Assembly (NCBI RefSeq): GCF_009914755.1
Contig: NC_060925.1
DNA length: 64,000 nucleotides
Origin: the human T2T-CHM13v2.0 reference genome, Homo sapiens
Direction: 5' to 3' (one strand)
This document shows, piece after piece, positions 1 to 12,700 of this stretch (position 1 is its first letter; each line of letters starts with the position of its first letter). Position numbers and translations under genes: made by a program. The notes under the pieces were generated by a model, which worked only from the letters and a program-made list of their open reading frames with translations, did not search any database and was not told the origin of the DNA.

Positions 1-107
1 TCCGGGTGGTGCTGGCTGAGCCAGCAAACCAGGCCCTGGGGCCTTGCTGCTTTGCTGCAGCTTGGAAAGCGGGTTCTGTGGGTGCAAGTGCCAGGCCCTG
101 GGGTCTC

Positions 108-232
108 TGACACGCACATACACGCACACACACGCACACGCATGCACGTGCATAAATACACGCACACACGTGCACATACACATATGCACACAGGCACACA
201 CATGCACACACACACGCATACACATGCTCACA
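108..232. repeat. Degenerate (CA)n microsatellite
   Basis: cacacgcacatacacgcacaca... Confidence 0.85.
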
Positions 233-2859
233 GCCTGACAGCTCCGCCGTGTCCAGCCCCTGCCAGCTCCTGCCAGCTCCTGCCAGCTGCTGCCTGTTCT
301 CACTGTAGGTGGCTGGTCATGCCTGGCTGGAGCAAGGGAAGCTGGCCTGCTCACAGGACAGGGTGTGTGCGTGAGTTAGGGGCTGGGTGCTTGCAGACAC
401 TCTGGGGACTGCCCGGGGCTTGTGAAGGCCCCAGTGGGGACACAGTCTGCCTGGGCTGTGGGGGCTGGCAGGTGGCTGAGTCTGCATGTCTGCGCCCCTT
501 CTCCCTGCCTGCCTGGGGCCATCCCCAGCCACATTTTGGGCTCAGGGGCAGCTCTGGGGCCAGCAGGTCCCTCCACAGAGTTGAGGCTGTGCCAGGGCCC
601 GGGCAGCAGGGTGGCTTAGGGTGCAGGCTCCAGAGTGGCCTCTGAGTGGGAGGAGACAGATGCCCCTCACTGAATCCAGCACGAGTGTGCGTGGTTTCTG
701 GGGCCTGAAGGTCCAACCAGACCTCCCTAAGGGAACCCCAGGCAGGCGGAAGCAGGGACAGTCTGCAGGGCTGGCTCTGGAGAGGAATGGCGAGGTAGCT
801 GTTGCTGTCAGGTTACCGGCCTGGCACTCCAGCCCTATGTAGTGGAGGCCCAGTGGCCCTGGTCTTTGGTGGTCAAGACAGCTGGAGACGGCCCCAGTTT
901 CAGAGCGCTGGGCCTCCCCGCCCATCTGTACTGCATCCTCTCTGGGCCCTGCAGAGCCGAGAGAAGGAGCCTGCAGCCAGGCTGGAGGGGCTCTGAGAAG
1001 TGGCATCAGCTTCGCTGTAGAGAAATCTGGAGATGGCTCCCATTGCCTGGCACGGCCTAATCAGAGAGAACTGCATGGTGGATAAACACTTGGCTTGAGG
1101 CTAATTTCATCAAACCTAAGATAAGGCTGGAAGTGGGCTGGACCCAGTGGGGCCTAATTGCCAGAGTGCGCTGGGCGGGCACCGAGGCAGGCTCAGCCAA
1201 AGTGCACGTTCAACAGCAGTGGCTTCCCTTTGTGGAAAGAAAAGATGCCACGTGACTGTGTCAGGGGTGTTCTAGGGTGGGGCTCAGGCCCCGAGGGCCT
1301 CACTGTCCGAGCATTTTTGTTCCTGCTCAGTGGTGAGTGGCTCACCCTGGCACATAGCCACTCTGTGGAGGGGGCCGCATCTCTGCCCAGCTCAGCCACA
1401 GGCCCTGGGAGGGCCTCTGGCCTGGGCTTTGTCCCATGGCCCCTGGGAGGGCCATCAGCCCAGGCTCTGTCCCATGGGGGCCCTTTGAGCTGCAGTGTGT
1501 CCCCTCATGGCTGTCCTGGGTGCAGTGAGTGGGCACCCCCAGACTTGGGGCTACCCTCACACCTCGCACCAGGCACCCCAGGGCTTCATCTGGTGTGTGC
1601 TGGGCCCAGTGCATGTGGCTTTAGCTGGGCCCTTCATGCCACGCTGGCCTCATCCCAGCCTTGGTGTGGGCACACAGCCTGTCCCTGGGGTCCTGACCCA
1701 CCTTCATGCCAAGCCGTGGGTGTAGGGCGTGTGGCAGCCAGGGCTCTGCCCTGGGGACAGGGACAAAGGGGCTGATGGGGCCACCTGACTGGTGACTCCC
1801 CTGGCTCAGAGGGGATCCCAGGGGAGCTGGCACCACCACCCCTGGCCACCCCAGATCGTGGCCACGGGAGGAGGCAAGGCTGGTCCCCAGTGGCAGGCTG
1901 GTGGCTGCTGCTGTCCATGGTGCCGAGCCGGCCCTGGTTCCTGCTCAGCTGAGGCACATCTGCAGGCCGAGGCGGGGCCCTGGGTACTCTCCTGTGGACC
2001 AGGACATTAAGCTGTCCTGAGAGGCATGGCCAGCGTGCAGGTGGCCCTTTGTAGCCTGCTTCCTCGACCCCACTCTGGGCTCCTCGCAGGCCCCCTTGGA
2101 GCCCCTGGGTGGGCTGCTGAGAGCACGCCGTCCTCAGCCTGTGTGGGCTCTGGGAAGAGGACCCAGCGGGGCTTGTCTGGAAGCCCAAATCACGAAGCCT
2201 CTAGACTACTGCTGTGGTGGATGCAGCACCTCCTCGACTTTTGGAGGTATTTCCTGCTTCTCAGGGCACCCAGTCTGGGGCTTCCGTGGAGGCCTGAGGA
2301 CTCAGCCAGTGTAGGCGGACACCTGCTGGCTGGGTGTCGGTGTGGCCAGGCCTGGGGTGAGCAGGCGCAGGGCGGAACCCTGCCTTCAAGGCATATCTGA
2401 TCAGCCCGTCCCATCTCTGGCCACATCCTCAGTGGGGGGCCAGGGCCGAAGTGACAGCAGGCGGCTCACTGGGAGCGTAGGACCCCTCAAGATGCTGAGC
2501 AGCTGGGCAGGTGTGAAACGAGCTGTCAGGGCTGCCCCTGCCTGAAATGTTGAACTCTGGAACTCTTTGAAGAGCAGGGCTAGGCACTGCGTCCCTTTGG
2601 GCCTGGTGTTCCTCGTGAGTAGGGGCTGAGCTGGGGTGTCACACTGGGGCCATGTCACCTCCAAGCAGGTCATGCTCTCACCCTGCCCTGCCCAGCCCTG
2701 GGCTCCCATACCCTTGTGAGGCAAAGTCCTCAATCCTTAGGGCTCAAGGATTTCAAGCATCCCCTTCCATGGGGACTTTATTGCTGCCATGGGATTCCCA
2801 TGGCCCCTGTAGCACCTTGGGTTTCTGCTGGGATGCCCAGCCTCCAGCCCAGAGTGTGT

Positions 2860-3270
2860 TGTTGACCCCCGTTTGGGGGGGCGCTGACCCCCGTGTGGGG
2901 GTGGCGCTGACCCCCGTGTGGGGGTGGCGCTGACCCCCGTGTGGGGTGGCGCTGACCCCCGTGTGGGGGGGCGCTGACTCCCGTGTGGGGGGGCGCTGAC
3001 TCCCGTGTGGGGGGGCGCTGACTCCCGTGTGGGTGGCGCTGACTCCCGTGTGGGGGGGCGCTGACTCCCGTGTGGGGGGGCGCTGACTCCCGTGTGGGGG
3101 GGCGCTGACTCCCGTGTGGGTGGCGCTGACTCCCGTGTGGGTGGCGTTGGCTCCCGTGTGGGGGGTGTTGACTGCTGTGTGGGGGAGGTGTTGACTCCTG
3201 CGTGGGTGTTGTTGACTCCCGTATGGGTGATGTTGGCTTCCGTGTGGGTAGTGTTAACTGCTGTGTGGGG
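2860..3270. repeat. G-rich minisatellite, ~19-22 bp unit GGCGCTGACTCCCGTGTGGGG(G), decaying 3'
   Basis: About 18 tandem copies visible. Confidence 0.9.
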
Positions 3271-3536
3271 TGAGTATATGGAGGTGGCTGTGGGTTGAAG
3301 GTGAAAAGCATATGGCTTCAGGCAGGTGCGTCAGTTCTGCATTTTCATGGGGCTGTCCTCCTGGTGGGTGGGCCCGTGCCCTGGGGAGTGATTGGAGGCC
3401 GTGACAAGGGCAGTGGAGTAGAGGAGGGTGGGCTTGCATGTTGGTCTTGACTGGGGAGTGGGGTGGTCCTGAAGGACCCCTGTGCATGCAGGCCCTGGTC
3501 GAGGTGCCAATGGGGACCCAAGGCCTTGCATTGCAG

Positions 3537-3707
3537 GAAGCGGACACGGATGACCACCAAGGGACGCTGGGTTTTGAAGAGTTCTGTGCCTTCTACAAGA
3601 TGATGTCCACCCGCCGGGACCTCTACCTGCTCATGCTGACCTACAGCAACCACAAGGACCACCTGGATGCCGCCAGCCTGCAGCGCTTCCTGCAGGTGGA
3701 GCAGAAG
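3537..3707 (+). CDS. PLCH2: PLCH2 exon (EF-hand region, [16 protein letters not shown]...VEQK)
   Basis: ttgcag|GAAGCG acceptor, AAG|gtgtgc donor. Confidence 0.93.
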
Positions 3708-6700
3708 GTGTGCTGCCCGGGGCAGGTGTTGGGGGGCCAGCCATCAGGCCTCGCCTTCTGTTCTGAGCTTTGAGCTTCAGTCAGGGGACAGTGGTGATGG
3801 GGGAGCTGTCTGAAGCTATCCCAGGCCAGGGATGGGCTACCTGGGCTCATGCCCCTGCTCTGAGATGGAGAGATTAGGGTGGGGCAGGTCACAGCCTGGC
3901 ATTTGAGAGCCCCCCAAGTTGGCTTTAGTTTTGATATTACAGGGTGCGCTCTATGGGGCAGCCAAGCAGGTAGGGAAAGTTTGTGGTTTCTCCTCCAGGG
4001 GCCCCTGAATGGCTTGGTCCTGACTGTGAACACCCTGCGCCTCCCACAGCTTGACCATGCCTCCTGCCTTGGTGTTGAGCATCTTGTGGACTAGGGTTCT
4101 GTGGCCCAGCCTTTGAGACCTGCCCCTGTGTTCCAGCCACATGGGTCTGGCTGACTCGCTCCCCTAGGGTGCCAGGCCCGCCACAATATCCACTCACCTG
4201 TTTGTCCAGCAGACACTCAGATGCCTCCTGGAATCCAGAGGGGCATGCTCAGCCCTTTATCTAGACCCCAAGAAATCCTGGCCATCCTTAGAGACCAATG
4301 CCAAGGCCAAGTGCTCTCTGGACGCTGCCCCACTGACCAAGGACCTCATTTCCAGAGGTTCAGGGCTCTGGCCATCTTGTATCAGGCCTGGGCAGGGACT
4401 GGGTACCGCATGCCCTGGTGGCAGGAGTTGCAGGTCCAGCCAGGCAGCGGAGGGGAAGGCCGGAGCCCCAGTGGGGACAGGGATCCATGGGAGGGGCTCA
4501 GACTGTGTGTGGCCACCCTCCAGCCTCGTAGGAGTGCAGGTGAGGACCCTGGACCCTCCTCAGGGAGGAGAGCAGGGACAGGGCAAGCCTTAGGGGACCA
4601 AGATGCCTCGGCCTGGGGGTGCTGCTTAGGGACCTCCACTCTACTTGCCTCAGCCTGGGGGTGCTGCTTAGGGACCTCCACTCTACTGGCCTCAGCCTGG
4701 GGGTGCTGCTTAGGGACCTCCACTCTACTGGCCTCAGCCTGGGGGTGCTGCTTAGGGACCTCCACTCTACTGGCCTCGGCCTGGGGGTGCTGCTTAGGGA
4801 CCTCCACTCTACTGGCCACCTGCGCTGCGTCAGCCTCTCGGTGATGGTCTGAGGGCGAGGATGGGAGTGGCAGGAGGAGCCTTGGGAATCCCAGGTAGGG
4901 TCTGGGTGGGTTTTACCCAGGATCTCCCAGCAGTACCCCACCCCCAAGCTTACCACAAACCCAGAGCTGGCCTTTGGGGCTGTCCCTGGGCCTGAGCTCC
5001 CGGGATGCCCCCACCTGGCCGGGGCAGCTTGCCAGGCTCCATCCCGTGGCAGCCGCTTCTCCAGTCCTGCAGGCATGACACCCGGGACGCATGGCCCAGG
5101 CAGGGGAAGCTAGCACCAGTTGGCTAGACCCCACTGTCTCGGATGCCCTGTGCCCTGGCCACCAGGGGCGGCACCAGCATGTGTCTGTGGGTGACCTGGC
5201 TGCAGATAGTAGGTCCTCTGTCCCAGTAAAGGCAGAGGTGGGAATGGGGCCTGGATAGGGGATTGGCAGGCAGAAGTGACCCTTCCCTCCCTGACCTTTG
5301 CCCCAAGCCTTGTGGAACCCTCTGTGCACTCAGGAGCCAGAGTCCTCCAGCCGGCAACTGGTGCCCTTTGCCTGGCCTCCTGGTTGCTGGGCCTCCCCAG
5401 GGGCCCACAACTGGCTCTGGGCTCCCCCACCTGTTACCTCACCATGTTCCCAGGGACCTCCAAGAAGCCGTGTCAGTGGGCTGGGCAGCTCCTGGCCCAG
5501 CTGCACCATAGCGCCCTGGAGGTCCCTTGGCCTGTGATGCCTGGGGTGGCCTGGGCTGGGCCGGACTGTGGTGCTCAGATCTCTTGGGAGGGTTAGTGTG
5601 TGACGGCTTGGGCAGACAGTGGGAGGGGCTGGATGAGGGGGCTGCCTGTGCCTGCCTGGCTCTGCCAAGGGGGCATGAAGATTCTTGCTCTCCTGTACCC
5701 ACCCACACATGGCCTCTGCTCCGTGCCAGGCCCACTCTGGGCCACAGGTCTCGCACTGGTGTGGGGTGGTCCAGCTGATGAGGTCAGAGGCCCCTCCCGT
5801 GCCGTCAGAGTTCATAGTCAGAGCAAGCCATCCAAAAGCCACGTGATCCACGGTAGTCCCAAGTCATGTGACACTGGAGCTGGCTGGCCATGGTCATCCC
5901 TGGTGTAATCAGAGACAGGCAGGGGACAGTGGTGATGGGGGAGCTGCCTGAGGCTATCCCAGGCCAGGGATGGGCTGCCTGGACTCATGCCCCTGCTCTG
6001 GCCTAGATGGCGGGTGTGACCCTCGAGAGCTGCCAGGACATCATCGAGCAGTTTGAGCCATGCCCAGAAAACAAGAGTAAGGGGCTGCTGGGCATTGATG
6101 GTGAGTGGGGCGCTGCCCTCAGCCCAGCTGTCCTGGGATGCTGGAGGGGCAACGAGGGCCCAACCTGTGGGCCGGGACAGGTGTTCTGTGTTCTGTGTGG
6201 CATGGGGGCAGGTGGTCATGAGACGAGGCTGGTGGTGGGCTGACATGGCCCCTATGCCACGCCGTCCTGCAGGCTTCACCAACTATACCAGGAGCCCTGC
6301 TGGTGACATCTTCAACCCTGAGCACCACCATGTGCACCAGGACATGACGCAGCCGCTGAGCCACTACTTCATCACCTCGTCCCACAACACCTACCTCGTG
6401 GGTGACCAGCTCATGTCCCAGTCACGGGTGGACATGTATGCTTGGGTCCTGCAGGCTGGCTGCCGCTGCGTGGAGGGTAAGCCCTGGACCTTGGGTGACG
6501 GCCGTGGGCTGGCATCTGCTGTGGGAGATGGGCTGCACCTGAGGAGCCCCCGGGGGGATCTCTGGGCAGGGGCTGGGAAGGCCTCTTCTGTGTCCCTCAC
6601 TGAGCAATGGGACAGGCCCTCTTTTGGTCGAAGCTCAGCCTGCCTGGGCTCACTGTGGCTAGGCCCCTGGGGCTGACCAAGGCCTGCCCGCCTGCAGTGG

Positions 6701-9700
6701 ACTGCTGGGATGGGCCCGACGGGGAGCCCATTGTGCACCATGGCTACACTCTGACTTCCAAGATCCTCTTCAAAGACGTCATTGAAACCATCAACAAATA
6801 TGCCTTCATCAAGAATGAGTGAGTGGCTGGGCCTAGCGGGGCTGGCCCCAGAGGTGGGCAGGGTAGGGTCTCCAGGCTCTAGCTCTTCCTGCCACACCCA
6901 CATGTCCTTTCTTTGGGAGCAGTGACTGTGGTGACCAGGGGGCTGGTTTCATTCTGGCATCTCTGGTTGAGGAGAGAGGGGCAGGGAGAGAGTATGGCCG
7001 CAGGTCTAGGCAGGGGCTTCACAGGAGCAGCTCGTCCACACGCCTGGTGGCACCTCCCGGTGTCAGTGCCCACAGCAGCTGTGGCTCCCACACTCATCAC
7101 CCCTGAGAAGCCACTCTGTGTCCAGACTCAATTGGCTGTCACTCAGCTGTGGCTGTAGACACTATTGAAGAAAATACAGAAATTAGTTTCTGGAATTAGA
7201 AGACCGCCTCCCCGTGTGGTTTGAATTACCTTCAAGTCTTGGCTACATGAGGCTCGCAGGTGGGCAAGGAGCTAATTGCATGAAGGAAGAGAGAAGAAGC
7301 AAGATTGATTTAGGAAACAGAAGTAGATGGGCCTCTCCTGGAAGAGCTGGTCCTTGCTGTCACAGTCTCGAGCTGGCCCCATCCCTGGGACTGTAGGTGG
7401 GAAGGGCATTGCAAGGCACAGGGGCGGGGATGGGGGGAGGAGAGATGAGCTGGGAGGAGCCAGGGGCCTGCTGGGATCTCAGGACAGAGTTGCACCTATG
7501 ACCAGTGTAATCTGTGCAGGCACAATGTTCTCCTGCAGGCCCTGGGCTTCAGGCCTCAGTTTCTTGCCTGAGAAGTGGGGGAATGAGCCCCTGCGCCCTG
7601 CCTGCCCACTCCACATCACAGGACTTGCTCATCTCTTGCCCTGGTTCATGCCCTCTTGCTCTGGGTCACTTACATTTTCTGAAAGAATCATGGCTGCCTT
7701 TTGGTAAAAATCCAAGTAAAACATACACATGGTTAAAAATGAAGCTGAAAAGCTTATATTTAAAAGTCCCTGCTATACTCCCCATTCTGCACTGTGCAGG
7801 TAATAACCATGTTCCACCAGATGGTGTGTGCCAGGCTTATGTCTCCTTCTTTATGGGACCAATGTCAGGACCCCAGGGCCATTCAGAGGACAGGGTCCCC
7901 AGTATCTAGGTCAAAAGGATTCTATTTCCCAGCCTATCTATAGCTCCACACTGTACCTTGGTTTTGTCCACATCATTTTAAAACCATGACTTTTTCAAAC
8001 GTTCCTTTTGTTTTCCTGGAGTTTCTCATTGCCTTTGTTTTTTTTCTTATTGGGGAAAGCAGCTCATGCTCTCTTTACCAGTCCCTAAGATTCTCCCAGC
8101 TCCTTTCCCATCCACTCTGTTGCTTTTCAAAGCCATTGACGGGTGGGCCACCTCCCAGAGCTGCTGGTAATCCCAGCTATCCTGGGTTCCTGGTGAAGAC
8201 CCCTCCTCATTCAATGGTTTAGATGACCTGGGATCTTGCAGAGGTGGGGCCTACCCATCCTCTGAGGCCCTGGCCTCATCCTGCTCTTTCTGCCTTGGGG
8301 CCACAGGTACCCAGTGATCCTGTCCATCGAAAACCACTGCAGTGTCATCCAGCAGAAGAAAATGGCCCAGTATCTGACTGACATCCTTGGGGACAAGCTG
8401 GACCTGTCATCAGTGAGCAGTGAAGATGCCACCACACTCCCCTCTCCACAGATGCTCAAGGGCAAGATCCTCGTGAAGGTGAGTGAGCCCCTGCCCTCCT
8501 GGGACCAGCTCACACAGAGTCTCGGGCCTGCAGCAGTGCCCTGCTCCAGACAGGCAGGGGCATCATGCCATCCATGGGCATATCTAGGGGGCTGAGGGCT
8601 GGCCACGCTCCTGACCTGGCCTCCATCTCCCCATGGTGGTCACTCTGGCTCAGGCCCCTCATGCACATCCAGGCCTTTCCCTTCACGCTGCTGCAGCCAC
8701 AGGGAGCTGGCCAGTCTGGCCCCTGCCCCATGGCTGAGATGCCAAAACTGAGCTTGAGAAAAGGCCCCTCTCCTTGGCCGGCGGCTCTTTGTGGGTGCCA
8801 GGTACTGGCTTCCCAGCATTTTCTCCAGGGCCCCTCCCATCATGCACCTCCTCCCCCAGGGGAAGAAGCTCCCAGCCAACATCAGCGAGGATGCGGAGGA
8901 AGGCGAGGTGTCTGATGAGGACAGTGCTGATGAGATTGACGATGACTGCAAGCTCCTCAATGGGGATGTGAGTCGGGCTGGAGGTGGAGGGGGGCGCGTG
9001 GAGCCTGCAGTTCCCAAGAACAGCTGTCCGTCCTTGCTGTTGGGGCGAGTTAGAAAGGGAGGCATCCGGGAGAGAGGGACATTGGGGCAGATTCGCACAG
9101 CGGCCTGGGGCCTGGGGGGTCCTCCCTGCCCACCCACCCCTCTGCATGAGAGCTGCAGGCCTGCCTCTTCCCAGTTTCAGCTCCCACATTTGAGCTGACT
9201 CTTGGGGTACCATCCACTCCCCCTGCCCTGTCCTCTTGGCCCCTCAGTAAGTGGGGGCAGCACTGGGGGCTGGGTCCCACGCCAGACTCCACCCCATTCC
9301 CACCAGCACCTGGCCCACCCAGGCCCTGGCACAGGATTTCCCAGCTTCCCGCCCTTTTCCTCACCAAGTCTGGCTGGACGCTGGGTGGCTGGTAGTACTG
9401 CCCAGCCACCCCCGTGGCCAGTGCTGGCCTCATCTCCAAGCAGTGCCATCTCTAAGGTCAACTCTGATATGGGGGTCCCACCAGCAGTCACCTCCACAGA
9501 GCGCTGTCACTGTGTCCCCGCCAGGGCCAGGGTGGGGGGCTGCAGAGATGGGAGGGTCCTGTGAGGTGTTGGGCTCGGGGGCGCCGATCTCCTCTCCTCT
9601 GGACACTGCTCTGGGGCCGCTGCTGTGAGGCAGGGAAGGCCGTTGCTTCCAGAGGGGCCATGCATGGGGAGATAATTGTGCAGCGTGCTCCTGGCCACGC

Positions 9701-12700
9701 GGCCAACCATTTTAGAAACTCCTGAGGCAGCAGCACTCTTCCTGCCTGGGATGTGCGGCACACGCCTCTGTGTGGCCCACGTGATGGCAAAGGCAGCTCC
9801 ACGGTGCTCCTGGCTTTGTGCCCACTCCAACCTGGCACCAGGGGCGTCTGACACCCAAGTCCCAGACCCTGTCCTCAAGGATTCCAAGTTCATCAGGGGC
9901 ACCCGGGGGGCTGCACTGGCAGGGAAGGGCGTCCAACCCAGCTCAGAGGCTGCCCTGAAGTCTGCCCCTGGCCCTGCCATCTCCTGAGGCACATGGTGGC
10001 CAGTGGTGGGACTCCAGACCCTGTGCCGCCTGCTGGCGCACTGACCTCCCAGGCCACAGGGCCAGAAGCCGCACAGGCTCTGCTGGGGGCCGCTGGGCAG
10101 ACTCGTGCTGCTGGAGGAGTCGGGTGGGCCTGGGTTCCCGTCCTGCCTGTGGCTGCCTGCAGGCCCTGAGGTGAATCACACGCCTTCCCTGAGCCTGGGG
10201 TGGGCAGAGTGCTGTGACCCTGGGGGTTGTCATTGCCACTACTCGCAGGGCTCGGGACAGATGCCAACAGGCCGACCTCTGGCTCCTGCAGGCATCCACC
10301 AATCGAAAGCGTGTAGAAAACACTGCTAAGAGGAAACTGGATTCCCTCATCAAAGAGTCGAAGATTCGGGACTGTGAGGACCCCAACAACTTCTCCGTCT
10401 CCACACTGTCCCCATCTGGAAAGCTCGGACGCAAGGTAGAGGCCAAAAAGGTGACACCCCTGATGCCGACAGGCCCCCCCGACAGCCAGCCTGTGGGCCA
10501 GCCAGGGCCCCCGAACGTATGCTCTGTGCGCACTCACACCTGTGCACACACAAATCTGCACACAAGCATACCTCTGTACACACCTCCGCACACACCTGCA
10601 TGATCCATACCCACCTACCAGCGGGGTCTCAAAGCCCAGCCAGTCGTTGAGAGCTGCCCAGCTGGGGGGACATGATTGCCTTCCCTGCCCAGCGCCCCTG
10701 CCTAGAGCTGCCTGTGGCCACGTGGGGAAGTTTCCACATGGAGCGAATGGCCCTCAGGGGCTGTCATGGCAGACACAATGGAGTGTGTGTGGGGTGAGAG
10801 GTGACAGGCAGGGTGGGCCGGGTCCTGCGGTCACAGAGCCTCCTTGTAGACCTTGAAGGAACCAGGAGCTGTGGCCGGTGGATCCCGCAGTCCTGCTGTG
10901 GGTGGGACAGAGTGGGGAGCGTGGGTGGGCCCTACAGACCCTCCACAGGGTGACAGTGCTGGTGGGCGCCTGTGCTGGGGACACGGTCTCCTGGTGCACA
11001 GAGCCTCCTTGCAGACCTCGAAGGAGCCAGGAGCTGTGGCCGGCAGATCCCGCAGTCCTGCTGCGGGTGGGGCAGAGTGGGGAGCGTGGGTGGGCCCTAC
11101 AGACCCTCCACAGGGTGACAGTGCTGGTGGGCGCCCATGCTGGGGACACGGTCTCCTGGTGCCTGGAGAGCCCTACCGTGCCCTGTGGCACCGGCTCGTT
11201 CTGCCTGTCCCTGCAGGGACCTTGCTGTTTTCCTAACCCTTGGGGAGGGTGGGAAGGTGACTTCTCCCTGGCCAAGTGAGGGTGCTGTGTCCCCTTCCAG
11301 GACCAGTATTTTTAGACTCAGGTGTTTGCGTTTCCGCCCACGGGCCTCGGAGCACTCGGCACAGCTGACACCGCAGGAGAGCTCGAGGAACATGCCCTGT
11401 GCAGGTGGCTCTTGCAGGGCCCGAGCTGAGAGGCGTTCCTTTATTTTTATCCCAAGGTGTCTAGGTGGGGGAGAGTGGCCATCTGTGGCTCTGCTGGGCA
11501 GCCAGCTGGGCCTGTGCAAAACCTGGAGATGCATCTGCGGGTCCAGGAGAGTGGTCCCCTGCAGACCTCAGGTCTGAGCGGCTGCTGGGGGTTCTGTGCT
11601 CAGGGAAGGCTTCCTGCAGGAGGAGGAGGGGCTCAGGCACAGCCACGAAGGTTGGGGGAGGAGCGGGAATCCCCCCTGATGAGATGCACTCCTTGCCTGG
11701 TGTGGACACACACCCCAGAAGGGTCTCAGAGTCTTTGGTACAGGCGAGGGGCGGAGCTGATCCCAAGGCCAGGCCGGGACGCGTTCAGCCCTGGAGCTCA
11801 CGGAGGGCGTGGCCCAGGTAAAGGGGGTGTCTGTGCACTGGGGGTCGTGGGGATGGCAAATCCCACTGAGGGACACTTGTGCCTCTCTGTCCCCCTGGGG
11901 TAGCCGGTGTCCCCTCTGCCCATGAACCTTGAGGACGTGAGACCTCTACTCACGAGTCCCTGAGGCCCGGGGGCAGCAGGAATGGGTATCTTGGGGAGAG
12001 AAGCCGGTGGGTAAGGAGGGGCCCCACCCCCAGAAAGCTGAGCACAACCCGGTGAGTGCTTGTGCAGCCAACAGCCTCGCCCCGTGAGGACCCTTCCCTG
12101 AGCACCCCCTCGGGGCCCAGAACCCAGCCTCCCTGACAGAGGCAGGGCTGGGGGGCCTGCTGCTGGCTGAGACCCTCCACCACCATCCAGGCCCCCTCAC
12201 CTGGGCCTTCTGCTGCCTGCAGCCCCTTGGAGCATAGTTGGGTCTTGCTGTCTCCTCTGTTTGGGAGTCCCAGGGGTGACAACGGGTCTGGCCGTGCAGT
12301 ACGGGCTGTGTCTGGCCGTCCGTCTCCTGGGTCAGCGCGTGCCTCTCCTCGGTCATGCCTGGATTTACAGTCGCTCGTGGCTCTGGGTCACTGCAGCATT
12401 TTGGGGATGTTTAAGGAGCTGTGAAATGTGGTGGCCCCGACCGGCTCCAGGCGCACTGTCAGTCTGGCTCCTAGCGCCTCTCCCGGCAGCCGTGGCACCA
12501 ATAAATTCAGAGGAAACCGGGGCTGGCTTTTCTGGAGGTGGAGAGAGACGAGCATGTCTGAGAGCCATGTGGACCTGGACAACCTGGGAGCCTCCTGCTG
12601 CAGTGCACGTGGGGCCTCGGGCTCCAGCCAGTGCAGCCTGGTGACGGGAAGGCCCCTTGGCCACTCTGGGCCGTGGGGAGGGCCGTCCAATCCCATCCTG

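Noticed and set aside
44-238. His/Thr-rich ORFs at the window start (similar ones at 56541-57006)
   Set aside because: Translations of (CA)n/(TG)n low-complexity tracts.
7690-8110. AT-rich intronic patch, possibly an old L1 or DNA-transposon remnant
   Set aside because: Too degenerate to assign a family or boundaries by eye.
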